From Vicugna vicugna (taxonomy: Eukaryota), in NCBI GenBank assembly GCA_013265495.1, contig MU058221.1:4218001-4282000 (forward strand): DNA of 64,000 nucleotides, given 5' to 3'. The translations under genes and the position numbers were made by a program. The stretch's first letter is position 1, and the number at the start of each line of letters is the position of its first letter. Shown piece after piece: positions 50,738 through 64,000 of the stretch. Under the pieces are notes generated by a model that saw only the letters and a program-made list of their open reading frames with translations, made no database searches and had not been told where the DNA came from.

Positions 50738-53168
50738 GATTTCCAGTTTTGGCTGCAGTACGAAAAGAGCTTTAAATTTATCAATCCCCTGCTTACAATA
50801 AGGAAAAGCTGAACAAACTGAAATGTAATGAGTTTCCTTGGAACCATTAAAAAACTGAGATCAAAGGGCAAATCTCCATCCCTGAATCTGGCGGCAGGCA
50901 AACACTGAGAATCAAAGAGGAAATGTATCAGAAGTCCCTGAAACCATAAATTGGTAGGAACATATTAACGGTCATTTTAATGACTTGCTGGAGTCTAAGA
51001 ATGGGCTAACCTGAAAAGCAGAAATTTCTGAAAATCACAGTCTTAGTGGGGCCTCCATAATTTCATGGGTTTTACCACTAAGAATCCCACGAGGTTGTCA
51101 CTGCTGAGAGCCAAGAAATATCCCTTAAAGGCTCTGGCAAAGACAGGGGAAATGTAAACACTGAGAAATCTACATACAGAGGATTCTCCATGACAAAGCC
51201 TTAATCTCCAAGGAAAATGGCTTTACCAGAACCTTATCCTACTTGGGGAAGGGCATTCACCTATGACCAAACCCCTCTAGCCTTCCTGTCTCACCTGAGT
51301 GGAAAAGGGGAGCCAAGAAATATTTGTGAAGATCACAGCTCAGGGATTCAGAGTCACTAAAACAGTGAGATTTCATCCTAGGGTTACAGAATACTTTTTT
51401 TCTCCCACACTTTAGCACCACTCTAATGGTTCCAGTACAGTAACAGTGGATCATAGCAAAAAGAGGTAAAAGATGCATACTCTACCTGAGAAGAGGTTCT
51501 TAGGGAAGCCAGAAATTAATAGGACAGACAAAAACAGGGACAATAGAGGAATTTGAAGCCTCTGGCACCTATAGCTACAACATTAAAAACAGCCCAACTT
51601 TTAGACAGACTAACAAAACCTCACATGAAAGATCTATTTACCTTAGTTCCTATTGAGCAATAAAACATGTCTGACTTTCAACCAAAAAATTACAAGGCAT
51701 ACTAAAAGACAAGAAAAAGCACAACCTGAAGAAACAAAGCAAGTAAAAAAGCCAGACCGAGATGACACAAATTTTGAAATCATGAGATAGAAAATTTTAA
51801 ATAACTGTAAGTAATAGAGTAAGGATTCTAGCGGAAAAAAAAAATAGACAGCATGAAGGAATTGGTGGGTATGTAAACAGAGAGATAGATACTCTAAGAA
51901 AGAATCAAAAGAAAATGTTAGAAATGAAAAACTCTGTAACAGAAATGAAGAATGCCTTTGATGGGCCCTTCAGTAGACTGGATAGGACCAAGAAAAGAAT
52001 CAGTGAACTTAACATAGGTTAATGGAAACTTCCCAAACTGAAATACAAAAAGAAAAAAGAATAGAAAACTTTTTTTTCAAAGAAATGTGGGACAATTTCA
52101 AAAGGTATAACACACTTTGATATACCAGAAGGAACAGTAATATTTAAATGAAGAATTATGAAGGATTTTCCCAAATTAATGACAGACATCAAACCAAAGG
52201 TTCAGAAGTCTCCAAGAACATCAAACTAAATAACAAAAAATATACACCAAAGCATATCATATTCAAACTGCAGAAAGAAACAAAGAAAGAAAGAAACAAA
52301 GAAAGAAAGAGAGAAAGAAAAATCAAAGACAGACAAAAATCTTGGTAAGAGCCAGAGATAGGAGAAACACTACAACACTAGAGGAATGAGAACCAGAATT
52401 TCAATGGATTTATCACGCAAACAAGAAGTGGAATAAAATATTTAAAGTGCTGAAAGACTAAAACCACCATTCTAGAATTTTATACTCAGTGAAATTAGCC
52501 TTCAAAAATGAAGGAGAAATAAATTTCTCAGGCAAACAAAAACTAACGGAGTTCACCACCAACAAATGGGCCCTGCAAGTTGTGTTAAAATAAGATCTTC
52601 AGGGAAAAGGAAAATTATACAGGACAGAACACAGATCTACATAAAAAAGCAAAGAACTTCAGAGAAAAGAATTTGAATGTGGATAAAGCATTTTTAATTG
52701 TCTTATTCTTAAGTGATCAAAAGATAACTGTTTAGAGCAATAATAATAACAATGTTTTGGGTGATCACAGCATATGGGTATGTGGAATGAATGACAACAG
52801 TGTTAATAAGGAACTGGAGGGAAGAATTGGGAATTCCCTGCAGGCACCTGCACTAGTAATGAATTAGTGGATTGAAAATGGATTTAGAGTCATTGTAAAT
52901 GTATATTTCAAACTCTAGGACAACTACTAAAATAGTTTTTGAAAGAATTGTCATTGATAAGCTAAGAGAGGAGATAAAACAGAATTGTATAGAATCTTCA
53001 ATTAAAACTCAAGAAGACAGAAAACAAGGTGTTTGAGGAGAAACAAAAAACAAATGCAACATTTAAAAACCAGTTACAAACACACTAAATGTCAATGTGA
53101 CCACATCAATAATCATTTTAAAGATGGGTGATCTAGTGCACCAATTAAAACAAATTGTCAAAGTGGAA
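50738..53168 (+). mobile_element. Old L1M (L1MC/MD-like) 5' UTR + ORF1 + inter-ORF region
   Basis: Colinear similarity to the 37046-38720 copy; ORF1 remnant YTPKHIIFKLQK; (GAAA)n expansion at ~52272-52321. Confidence 0.85.
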
Positions 53169-53339
53169 AAGCATGAATTCAGTCACCTCGGGTAGATACA
53201 ACCTCTTATTCCAATGCATGTACTGAAATGGGAGATCAACTTTAATGGGTTGGACTTTCACTTTTAAAAAACACTTAGGTAGAGATGTCATTTTCACAAA
53301 TTTGGAGTATATTTATTTTGAATATTTTTAACATGTGAC

Positions 53340-53830
53340 ACTAGAAGAGGCAGAAGCATTTGAGGCAAATGAAACAGAATGTGCCAAGACTAGAGGTTGA
53401 ATGGGAGCTTGGCTGTTGGAAAATCTAAAGGAATCCAGCAGGTGAGAAGACTGAGTTTCTCGGGAGGTGCAGTTGAGAGGGGGATCTGGAGAACTAAGCA
53501 AAATCACAGATTTTACAGATGGAGCCTCACCCTGTGAAAAGCCAACTGACCTTCACACCAAAGTCAGAAGGAAGCCATTGCCAAGTTAGAAGGAGGGTGG
53601 AAAGTTGATCTGTATTTTAACACAGTCACTGCAGCTCTTCAGTAGGTTGGATGAAACAGGTAACAGAAGTGAGGACATCCACAGGAGACTCAGTCAGGAA
53701 AAGGCATGATGGTGGTTGGGACTGGGGTGGAAATATCAAAAAAAGCTGACCTTGTGATTGATGTGATGTAGGGGTGAATCAAGACCAATGGAGCGTAAAT
53801 GACCCCAGGTACGAGTCCCATTTCCTGGTC
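53340..53830 (-). mobile_element. L2 fragment
   Basis: Degenerate purine-rich antisense L2 motifs (ggaagccattg, gatctgtattttaa, atgatggtggttgggact). Confidence 0.5.
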
Positions 53831-55189
53831 AAGGAGCAAGTTCAAATTTCATCTAGTGTTAAGGAGCATAAGCAATCAACAAGAAAGAGGAGTGGGAGAA
53901 GGAACAGAAGAGATATTTCATAATTCTTCAAGGTAGGAGTAATATCTCAAGTACCATTTATTTTTAAAAATTATGTGTATATATAAATCCCTTATATTCA
54001 TTAAAATAGTAGACACTCCTTCTGTGCAGCAGAATAAAGCAATTTTAATAACCTGAAATTTTCATGCATATGGTCATTTTAATTTATCATAAACCACCCT
54101 TTTTAAAAGTGAAATGTTTCCAATATAATTGCAATACGAACAACTGATAAACCCTTTATTGTAGGTGAAATGGTAACTAGTCATTTACGTATCTTTCAAC
54201 CCATTCCACTTTACAAAAATGTGTATTGTCAACTCTTAGGCATTACATGCAGCTTAAGCAACCCTGTGGATTTTAACCAGATTTGTTATGAAGGGACAGC
54301 TACAGAGTGTTGAATATTATAGAAATTCTAGCATCCTAAGATGAGTGAGAATTGACTTAATCAAGAAATAATTGAATTTCAGGGAAATTCACTGAAATCA
54401 CTGAAATTAGAAAATATTTTAAACCATGACCCGGATACATGGGACAGGGGAATCTTTTCAAGATTAAAATTAATTAATAAAATTAAACCAAACAAGACGG
54501 ATTTTCTGGTGTTCAAATCTTTTTTTCAAATGACAAAGTAAGGCAGATGAGAAGATACCAGCCATTCTGTCCCACTGGCTACCCAGAGTTAATTAACAAG
54601 CAAAAACCCACTTATTCTGAATCATGTGCAATGCCTAAAGGAACGTGACACAGGACATATAGAAACTGCGTTATCACCACAAAAGTGACTGGAATTAATT
54701 AAAATGTGATCTATCTGCCAAAGTTTATCACATAATATTTTTTAGTTATCATTCGCCCTCTTCTTCCAGAATAGATGCAGCCCATCAACGTTGACTCTCA
54801 AATGCATTCCCCTGCCCCACTTCTTTTCAAAAACAGAGCTATATTCCTATAAGAGAAGAAGGAGGGAAGGGGATAAAGATGAGAAGGAAGAGGAGGAGTA
54901 AAAAGAGAAAAGGGATTAGACAAGGGAGAAGGGAGGGGGGTGGCGATGACTCCAGCAGCTCCCAGCCTCAAGGTCGTAATCCAGTGTGGGAAGTGCTGGA
55001 GCAGAGGTAGGGGGAAAAATCCTCAAGCTATGGAAGTGGTTCCACAAAGAAGACATTTGACAGGAATCTTGGGGGAATATATGGAACTTAGCCAAAGAGA
55101 AAGGAGGGTCTGGTTACTGTAGCAGGAGAAAAGACAAGCCTGAAGACACGAAGATGTGAAAGAGCACGAAAAGTTCTGAAAGTCCACAT

Positions 55190-55380
55190 AAAAGTCCACA
55201 TTGCTGGCTGCCTCAAAAAATCAGATCTGGCTACACTGAGGCAGCTGGGTAGTGATCATACTTTGAGATGAAGCAGAGTCTCTGGTTTGCTCCATGGCCC
55301 GTACCACCCACTTGCCCTGCCTGTCCAGGACACTCCTCTCATTTATAATACCCAGCTGGCCCACAGGCACTTGACTTTCT
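55190..55380. mobile_element. MER102-like hAT fragment
   Basis: aaaaaatcagatctggctacactg...cccagctggcccacaggcacttga. Confidence 0.45.
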
Positions 55381-57329
55381 CAGTCCTGACCGAATATGGT
55401 GAGTCTAAACTCTTCAGTCTGGCATTCTTGCCGGTTCCCCTCAATGACCATGCTCACGTTAGGCATGGGTCCCCAGCTCTCCCCACTTCCCAGTGGAGCC
55501 AGGCATCCTGCTCCGAGTGCATTCCGCCTGCAGTCATTCGCATGTCTCTTTCTCCTTCCCATCCCTTCATCCCTTGGGGATGCTGCCTGCTTATCTCCAA
55601 CGTCTCATGTCTACACTTCTTTGATGACTCAACATCAACGATCTGTTTCTTCCATGAAGACATTCAGATTAACCTTTACAGTAGTTCCACGAAGTTTTAT
55701 CTGAATTACTTTACAAAAGCAGAAGAGGCTCAGGGAGTTTGTCAAATCTTACCAAAGTCATAGAGGCAAGTAAGAGATGAAGTCAGGATTTCGATCCATG
55801 ACATCTGGTTACTGCTCTAGCACTTCTAAACACAAACTGGAAAGCGCCAAAGGGCACATCCACACTTTTAAAGGCAGTCTGAACTCTTCCCTGTTTCTGT
55901 CTGTTTCCCTTGGTTGCTTTTGCATGTATCTTTTTCCTTCTTAAATGGCCTTTAAACTCCTTGAATTTCAAGGACTGAATCCACTACTTTGTATACCTTA
56001 TACTACTTCGATTTGGATTTAAACAATTAACGTTGTTTGAGCATCGACTTTGATCTAAGCATCCAGGCAAGTTTTTTTCCTGTACATTTCCTATTTCAAA
56101 AATGGAAGCCAATGAGAGAACATACATTATTATTTTTACATTTCTGACTTGGTCACTGACATCTGAATCACTAGAGAGGAGAAGATTGAATTTGAATGTG
56201 GGGAGCCTGACATCAGGCTCCAAAACCCACCACTTAGCATCATAGTCAACACAGAGAGAACACTTGTTAGATAAATGAATGCTTAAAAGAACTCAATGAC
56301 AGTGTAATAAAAGTCACTCGAGTAGAGGGACGTGTTTGATTATACAAACTTCTTACCAATCAGTCAGTTACATGGACATCATCCTGACGAGAATAGAAAA
56401 ACACAGAAAATTTTGGGAAGGAAATTAAGTTCTGGCCTTTGAAAGATCAAATAGTGGAGGTGTGCAGGGCAGCATAAAATGAGAAGAGGTTAAGGACAAA
56501 AGGGACAGTTAGGAGACAGCTGTAACCCAGATATGATGTGCTAAGGAATACCTCTGCTACGGGGTCAGGATTTAAAAGTGTCTGCTCCTCCCCTACACTG
56601 GGCTCATAATCTCAGAATTTGTAGACTTGCTGCTTGCACATTCAGTGCCTCCTCCTCATTTTCTCCTACCTCTGCTCGTATATTCTCTGGTGGAATTTGT
56701 GTACATTTTTTTCTACACCCCATTGGTTATGACAGGGTGTGGGGGTGGGAGGGGATTTGAAATAGACTATGTCTTATTAATCTTTGAAAACCTCAAGACA
56801 ACGTTTCCCATGCTGTTTCCAAATAAGAATCATATTTACTGGAATGACCCAAGTAAAATGAGCTATGTAGAAATTCTCAAATCTTTACTAACATGTCTGA
56901 TGAATTCCCAAGAGAGGGATACAGTTTATAGCTTTCCCCCAAATTTTTAGAACCAGACGTCTCCTCCTCCTCTCACCTCCAAGGAGTATTTATTTCAAGA
57001 GATCACTGTTCCTGCACACAGCTGAGATTACACTGTTCAAACAGATTTAGCACGATGACACAGTTGGAGAAGGTGTCCCCTAAATGTCCATTAAATGAAA
57101 GAGTGCGTCTGTAAAAGTCGATCACGCTAAATTTTAATTATGTTGTTTTACAGTTTCCCTGGCAGTTTAGTACTGCTACTTATGCTGTGATGACAGTTTT
57201 CTCTGTTTACCCACTTGCATTTACAGTGCTTGATCTTGGGCTTTTAGCTTTACTATTGGGCATCATAAATCCTCGTTTATACAGTTTAATTGCCTCTCCA
57301 TTTGTTGACCCTTATCAATATGGAACACA

Positions 57330-57702
57330 GAAGACATTTTCCCCGAACGTGGACACAGCAAAGCTTGATGGTTTACATAACTAAGACCTATTTCTTGCTC
57401 ATGTCACCTGCCTCACCTGCCCTGCGCAAGTTGTCTACGTCCTATTCCATGTTATTTTCATTCTAGGATCCAGGCTAAGAAGCCCGCGTGGAACATGATA
57501 GTCTTCAGACAAAAAGAAAAGAGAACATGGTGAAACTATACAATGCTCTTAAAGCTTAAGCTCCATAGTGCAGACATCACCTTCCCACTTCTCTGGACTG
57601 AAGTCACATGGCTAAACCCCATGTCATTGCAAGAGGGAAGTATACTTCTTTCATGGAGAGGGAGCAGCAAATATTTTTAACATAATAAGATCCATTCACT
57701 GC
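57330..57702 (-). mobile_element. Old MaLR (MLT1I/J/K-like) LTR
   Basis: tatttcttgctcatg...ggatccaggct...gctcttaaagctt...aagtcacatggctaaaccc. Confidence 0.65.
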
Positions 57703-58750
57703 ACTAGGTTTCTCCTTTCCAGTGACAAGATTCAGCTCCGCTCTCATGAGCAGTGAGCAAATTATCAAATCATCCTGGCTTAGACACTTCACCAGTACAT
57801 AAAAATGCAATTATTACAATTTTATCTTTTAAATTTCATATTCTAGTAGACAAATTCAATCTTCAGATTCACTCCCCTATGAATTTCCTATTAACCAGAA
57901 TTCTGGACAACTTGGTCCTGCTTCTCCAATGTGAATAGACAATCATTTCTTTTTCTAGCTAAGGGTAAAGTGAATTAGATAATCACACATATTGCTTTTA
58001 AGTAGAAGGAGATACCACATTCTGAATCCATTCTCTGATTGCCAGATGCTATGGATGTTGACTCAAGAGTCAAAAAAAAAAAAGCCAAATAAAATAATAA
58101 AATTGAAAACATTATTTGTCTCTGTAAAAGTAATTTTAATCATGAGCCTCAAAGTGAACAGTTAACAATTTATGCCTGTTCCCTGTGCAACACAATAAGG
58201 ATTATGCATTCCATAAAAAGTCAGATAAACTGTGTTGTAAGTTTTATTTTATCGCAACAGTAAACTCTGTTCATATATTTAGTTATTGCTCAGGAATCAT
58301 GAATCATCTGCTCACAGCCTAGAATAATAATAGGGATGATGACACACAGCACGTGGTTAATAAAGTTGTTTAATTTTATCTTGAACAAACCACAACCCCA
58401 CTAACAATCATAAATCTCCACCATTTTGTTCAATTAAATAAAAATTACAGTATTTTCTCTGCAGACACAGACTGTATCTTGCATAGTAAATGGCTGAATT
58501 TATAAAGCCAACAGGAGACTATACAGAAGCAAAATAAATACACTCAGAACTCAAGCTGGTGATTTTCATACAGATTCTCATTTGGTCTGATCAAAGCAGG
58601 ACGTTCGCCTGATACATATTAGAAATTATCTAGGGACCTTGTACTGCCCAGTTCCAGAGATACCCTTTGCCTCTCATTTGTTTATGACTGCCACATTTGG
58701 GTGACACAATCAATGCAAATGATGCCTCCTGGAGTATAACATTGGCAGTA

Positions 58751-59376
58751 CAGTAGTCTACCCTGATCCATGGTTTCGCTTCCAGAAAGAAGCAATTCCT
58801 AAGTTTTAAATGACATGCCATCTTGAGTAGCATGATGAAATCTCGTGCCATTCCGCTCTGTCCCATCCAGGACATGAATCACCTCTTCGTCCATCACGTC
58901 ATGCCTGTTGGTCACTTCATAATCATCTCAGTCATCAGATCTGACTGTCCCAGGACTTGTTTTCAAGGAATCCTTATCTTACTTGACAGTGGCCCCAAGG
59001 CACAGGAGTAGTGGTGTTGGCAATTTGGAATTGCCCAAGAGAAGCCTTTAAAGTGCTTCTTCTGTGTGAAAAGGTGAAAGTTCTCAACTTAATAAGGAAA
59101 GGAAAAAAAATCATACACTGAGGTTGCCAAGATCTATAGTAAGAATGAAACTTCTATCTGAAATTGTGAAGAAGGAAAAGAAACTGGCTCTAGTTTTGCT
59201 GTTGCACGTCAAACCAGGCTTTGTAAGTGCCTCGTTCAGATAAGAAAGGCATGAGATCTGTACAATAAGATATTTTGGAGAGAAACCACCTTCACATAAC
59301 TTCTATTACAGTATATTGTTATAATTGTTCTATTTTATTTTTAGTTACTGTTGTTAATCTCTTACTATACCTATTT
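58751..59376 (+). mobile_element. MER44/Tigger7-like TcMar-Tigger element
   Basis: Terminus TA|cagtagtc...ccatggtttcgctt; tgagtagcatgatgaaatctcg; gaggttgccaagatcta; cacataacttctattacagtatattgttataattg. Confidence 0.85.
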
Positions 59377-59394
59377 AAAAAAAAAAAAACCAGG

Positions 59395-61830
59395 AAAGCG
59401 AGGAAAACAAAGACTGAAAGAACAGAATATCTAAGGACCGTAGGACAATTACAAGAGGCATAACACACAGGTAATGAGAACACCAGAAGAAGAAGAAGAG
59501 AAAGAAACAGAAAAAAAAAATCTGAAATAATAACGGCTGAGAATTTCAGTCATTAGGAGGGTTCCCACAAAACAGCCAAATTAACGGCAGACACAAAACC
59601 ACAACCCAGGAATCTTGGAGAACCTCAAACAAAATAAATGCAAACAAATTACACCTAGGCATACAATTTTGGAACTGCAAAAAACAAAGGTAAAGAAAAA
59701 ATCCTGGAAGAAGCTAGAAGGGAAAACATATCTTACTCATAGGAAATCAAAGATAAGAATTACCTCTGATTTATCCTCAGAAACCACGCAAGCAACTAGA
59801 GACTTGAGTGAAACATGTAAATGCTGAGGGGAAAAAAAACATCAACCTAGAATGATGTACCCTGTGAAAATATCCTTTAAAAATGAAGGAGAAATAAAGC
59901 CTTTATTAGACGAACAAAATTAATAAAATATGTTGCCAGTAGACCTGTTTTGCAAGAAATGTTAAAAGAAATTCTTTAGAAAGAAAGCAAATAAGTCAGA
60001 GGGTGGATGGTCTCTCTCATTACTCCTTTTCAACATCATACTGAAAGTCCTAGCCAATGTAATTAGGCAAGAAAAAGACATAAAAGATATGTAGATAAGG
60101 AAGAAAGAAATAAAACTGTCTTTGTTCACAGATGACACAATATCTATCAGAAAATTCATAAGAATTGACCCCCAAAATTCCTGAAATTAATAAGCAGTTA
60201 CGGCAATTTTCCAGGTTACAATGTTAATATTAAAGTCAATCACTTTAGTACTTCCAGCAATAAACAGAATTTAAAATTTTTAAAAAATCAATTACATTAA
60301 CATCCAAAAAGTGAAATACTTAGGTTAAAAAAAAGTCTAAAATATATACAAGATCTATGTAAGGAAAACTAAAAAGCTCTGATGATTGAAAGCCAAAAAT
60401 GAACCAAATAACAGGAGATATATTATGGATAGGAATACAATAGTTTCAAGATGTCAGTTCTTCTAAACGTGATCTATATATTCATTGCAATCTTAATCAA
60501 AATCACAGCAAACCATTTTGCAGATGTCAACAAACTGATACTAAAGCTCACATGGAGAGGCAAAGACCCAGAAGAGCCAACATAATAGTGAAAGAGAAAA
60601 ACAAAGTTGGAGGACTGATGCTACCCAACTTCAAAATGCAAAGCTTTCAAACACCTGGAAGGTAATATAAGACAAAATCTAGATGACGTCAGGTACAGCG
60701 AGGACTTTAAGATGCAACACCAAAGGCACAATCCATGAAAGAAATAAGTGATAAACTGGACTTGAAGAATGAGAGGATAAGCCACAGGCTTGGGGGAAAT
60801 ATTTGCAAAAGACATATCTGATAAAAGACTGTTATCCAATACATAAAAGGATACTTAATACTCAACAATAAGAAAATGAAAATTTTTATTAAAAAATGGG
60901 CTAAAGACCTGAATAGATACCTCACCAAAGAAGATATGTAGATGGTAAATAAGCATATGAAAAGATGCTCCACATCTGTCGCCAGGGAAATGAAAATTAA
61001 CACAACAATGATATACCACTACACACCTATTAGAATGGTCAAAACCCAGGAAACAGACAGCACCAAATGATGTTAAAGTGGAGCAAGAGGAAATCTCATT
61101 CATTGCTGGTGCGAATGCTAAATGGTACTGCCACTTTGGAAGACTGTGTGGTGGTTTCTTATAAAACCTATCATAGTCTTACCTTATGATCTAGCAATCC
61201 CATTCCTTGGTATTTACTCAAAGGAGTTGAAAATAAGTCCACACAAAAGCCAGCACAAGGATGTGTATGCCAGCTTTATTCATAATTGCCAGAACTTCGG
61301 TGGAACCAAAACGTCTTTCAGCAAGTGAATAGATAAATGGTGGTACATCGAGGAATGTTATTCGGTGCTAGAAAGAAATGAGCTATAAAGCCATGAAAAG
61401 ACATGGAGGAAACTTAAATGCCTATTACTAAGTTAGAGAAGCCAATCTGAGAAGGGCACATACTGTATAATTCTAACTATATAATATTCTGGAAAGGGCA
61501 AAACTATAGAGACAATAAAAGGTAAGTGATTGCTGGGGAGAGGAGTTGGAGGGGGCAATAGAATTGAATAGATGAAGCACAGAGGAACTCTAGGGTAGTG
61601 AAAATAATTGTGTAACACCATGCATGAACCCTAATGTAACTATGGACTTTGGGTGATAATGGTCTGTCAATGTAGGTTCATCAATTGTAACAAATATACT
61701 ACTCTGGCGGTGGGTGTTGATAATGGGAGAGGTTATGCATGTGTGGGATCAAGGAACTATCTCTTTCTTCCTCCTAATTTTGCTGTGAATGTAAAATTGC
61801 TCTAAGAAAATAGTCTTTATAAAAAAATAA
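59395..61830 (+). mobile_element. Old L1MC-like element with internal deletions (ORF1 piece, ORF2 pieces, 3' UTR)
   Basis: ORF1 remnant (ITPRHTILELQK...IRITSDLSSET), ORF2 remnants (LWKTVW...PYDLAIPFLGIY) and an L1MC-type 3' UTR (gaaccctaatgtaactatggactttgggtgataat). Confidence 0.88.
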
Positions 61831-63004
61831 TGAAATAGATATGATACGTGAAGAGTAACGAAGCTTCCAAAACCATTCCTCAGTTTCTGGTTTGTTCCTC
61901 GACAGATGATGGAGTCAATTACTGAGAGAGGAAACGCTAAAGTAAGACCAGTTTCAGGTGGAAGATTATGAGTTCTGAACATGCTGACTTAGATATGCCT
62001 TTGAGACTTCCATGGAAATATAAAGCAGGTAATTGGGTTTATTGATCTGGAATGCAGAGAACAGAACGGGACTGGAGATAGAAATGTAAGAGTTACCAAC
62101 TGGCATGCAATCAGGAGTTGAAGCAGGAGCTGAAGCCTAAAAGATAAGCTTGCACATGTCCTGACAGGGCCTTCCTGTGGCTCTCAAGCTATTTCGCCTG
62201 CACGTCTTCTCTTTAAACATCATTGTCTGCACAACTATTTCCCCAGAGTCTCCTGTCCCTTGCTTTGCCTTATACCTACTGACAGTTTCAGTAAGATCTT
62301 GCCAGATAGGTATCCTTGAAAGAATGCTTTCTTTACAACTTGATTCACCAAAGCTCACCAATAGAAACACAGTCCTTCCTTTCCCCTGATCTTTTGGTAT
62401 CTTTGTTTTCTTTTATCTCGATGAGTAAGGGGAGGCTAAAATGAGAGGCCTTCCATTGATGTGACATAGAAAGAAACTTTTCTTCTTTCCTTCTTCTGGC
62501 TTGATGCAGTCCTCTTTGGAGATCTGATATTCAAAATCAGAGAGTCATTTTGCCCTGTTGAGGGACCAGCAGTATGAGGTCAAGAGAGGAAGTCCACACA
62601 CAAAGAAACAGCCTCCTTATCTTGGGGTCACTGTGTGCACACCATACGACCACCTTTCTAATTGTTTTTGATTTGATTTGTTTTAAACTGTGTTGCCTAT
62701 GGCTTTGGGTGCTACACGAGTAAGCAAGCAATATGAGATTGCCCTCGGAACTCAAACACCTGGTATATCAGTTGGAGAAAGTCATTCCAGGGAAGTAATT
62801 AGTTCAACTGACTGCTTGACTGCTCTGGTAAAGCTGGACAGGTGTCTGCCCTTCTTCAGAAGCTAGGAAGGAATCTTCTTCCCCCCATGAGTCCACAGAG
62901 ATGCTGTTTCTGACTTCTCCAGGTCAAAGGGGAGTATCAGACTCCTGGTGCTTAAGTGACTCAATGTTTTGTTGCATTAACATGGGAAGAATCTCTTGTT
63001 TCAA

Positions 63005-63146
63005 GGGGGACGGTATAGCTCAGTGGTAAAGCACGTGCTTAGCATGCCCAAGGTCCTGGGTTCGATTCCCAGTATCTCCATTAAAAAAAAAACTAATGAT
63101 AAATAAATAGACCTACTGCTCTCCCTCCCCTCTACCAGAAAAAAAG
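63005..63146 (+). mobile_element. Camelid tRNA-derived SINE (Vic-1-like) with intact Pol III boxes
   Basis: A box TAGCTCAGTGG (63016-63026), B box GGTTCGATTCCC (63059-63070), then an A-rich linker, a C-rich segment and an A tail. Confidence 0.88.
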
Positions 63147-63409
63147 AAAGATCTTAGAGATTTCAGTGAAAATCCAATTGCTGAACCCTGAGTATATCTT
63201 TGAATTTTCATAAAGCACACTTTGAAGCTGGTCTCCTAGTTATATACTGAAAAATTTAGTAAATACATTTCACCTGATGATAAAGACTTGCTATTCGAGC
63301 TGATGCTTCCTGCTGGTGGTTTTGAACTGTGGGTCTCTAGGATTTTTCAGCAGATGTTCAGGATGCCACAGGGGAGAAAATGATGCTGATGAGGCAAGAC
63401 TTAGATTTG

Positions 63410-63610
63410 CATAGCACTTTGCTTTTTCTTACTTTTCATTATTTCAGTTGATTCTTAAAATAATCCTGTGATGAGGACAAGGGTTAATATCTCCATTCTT
63501 TTAAGTGAAGAGATAAAGATTCAGAGTTGTGAAGCAAGTTCTCCACCCCTATACCTATGATTAAGGATGAATCCAAGCCTTTAATGAAAGTACTATTTCC
63601 TTATCTCTAA
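63410..63610 (-). mobile_element. MIR
   Basis: aataatcctgtgatgagg...ctccattcttttaagtgaagagataaagattcagag. Confidence 0.55.
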
Positions 63611-64000
63611 AGCCCCCTTTGATGTACTCCACTGCTCCCAAAGACAGACTCCTGAAATCAGAAGTCACATATATACAGCGTGACATCTACTGCAGTGTAT
63701 GTGTGTGAGTATATTTAAAAGACTCTCATGAAATACTGAAAATGTGCTTCTGAATGATTTCAAGCACACACATACCAGAATATGCAAATTATTAAACCTA
63801 CCTGATACCTTTATTTTCATACATTCTAAAAACTGGAAAATGCGTATATCATTAGAGCAAGAGGTAGAATCAAATTCCAAAACTGCGTATTAGGCAAAAT
63901 GTAAATGATGTGTCCAAGGTCAGTTAGGCAGCATGTGGCAGAACTTGAGTTTATCCAGGCTTGACCTTGTCTTCAGCGATGCACGTTTTCAGGCGTTTCA

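Noticed and set aside
63005..63080. Functional tRNA gene
   Set aside because: The acceptor stem is imperfect, an A-rich SINE tail replaces a T-run terminator, and a second dispersed copy lies at 28768.
1..64000. CRISPR array, operon or other prokaryote-type system
   Set aside because: The DNA is clearly mammalian. There is no regularly spaced repeat-spacer array and no gene-dense ORF organisation.

Overview
This is mammalian intergenic or intronic DNA, almost certainly from a camelid (camel, alpaca or llama). That call rests on two tRNA-derived SINEs of the camelid Vic-1 type and several young L1 3' ends. I find no protein-coding gene: the only recognisable ORFs are L1 ORF2 remnants. Much of the window is interspersed repeat (L1, L2, MIR, ERV1/ERVL/MaLR LTRs, hAT and Tigger DNA transposons). 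Family names come from my memory of consensus sequences, not a database search, and most boundaries are approximate. I see no new multi-gene system. The most notable structures are: (i) an ERV1 fragment with the hallmarks of an L1-retrotransposed mRNA at 1.3-2.1 kb; (ii) an apparently perfect 558-bp tandem duplication at 6727-7842; (iii) a diverged ~210-bp duplication that keeps an identical 20-mer with a TAAT-N3-ATTA palindrome; (iv) an orphan CpG island overlapping a MER21-like LTR at 29.8-30.4 kb; (v) a ~250-bp polyadenylated orphan insert inside an old L1; (vi) a near-consensus CTCF site and a few candidate exons.
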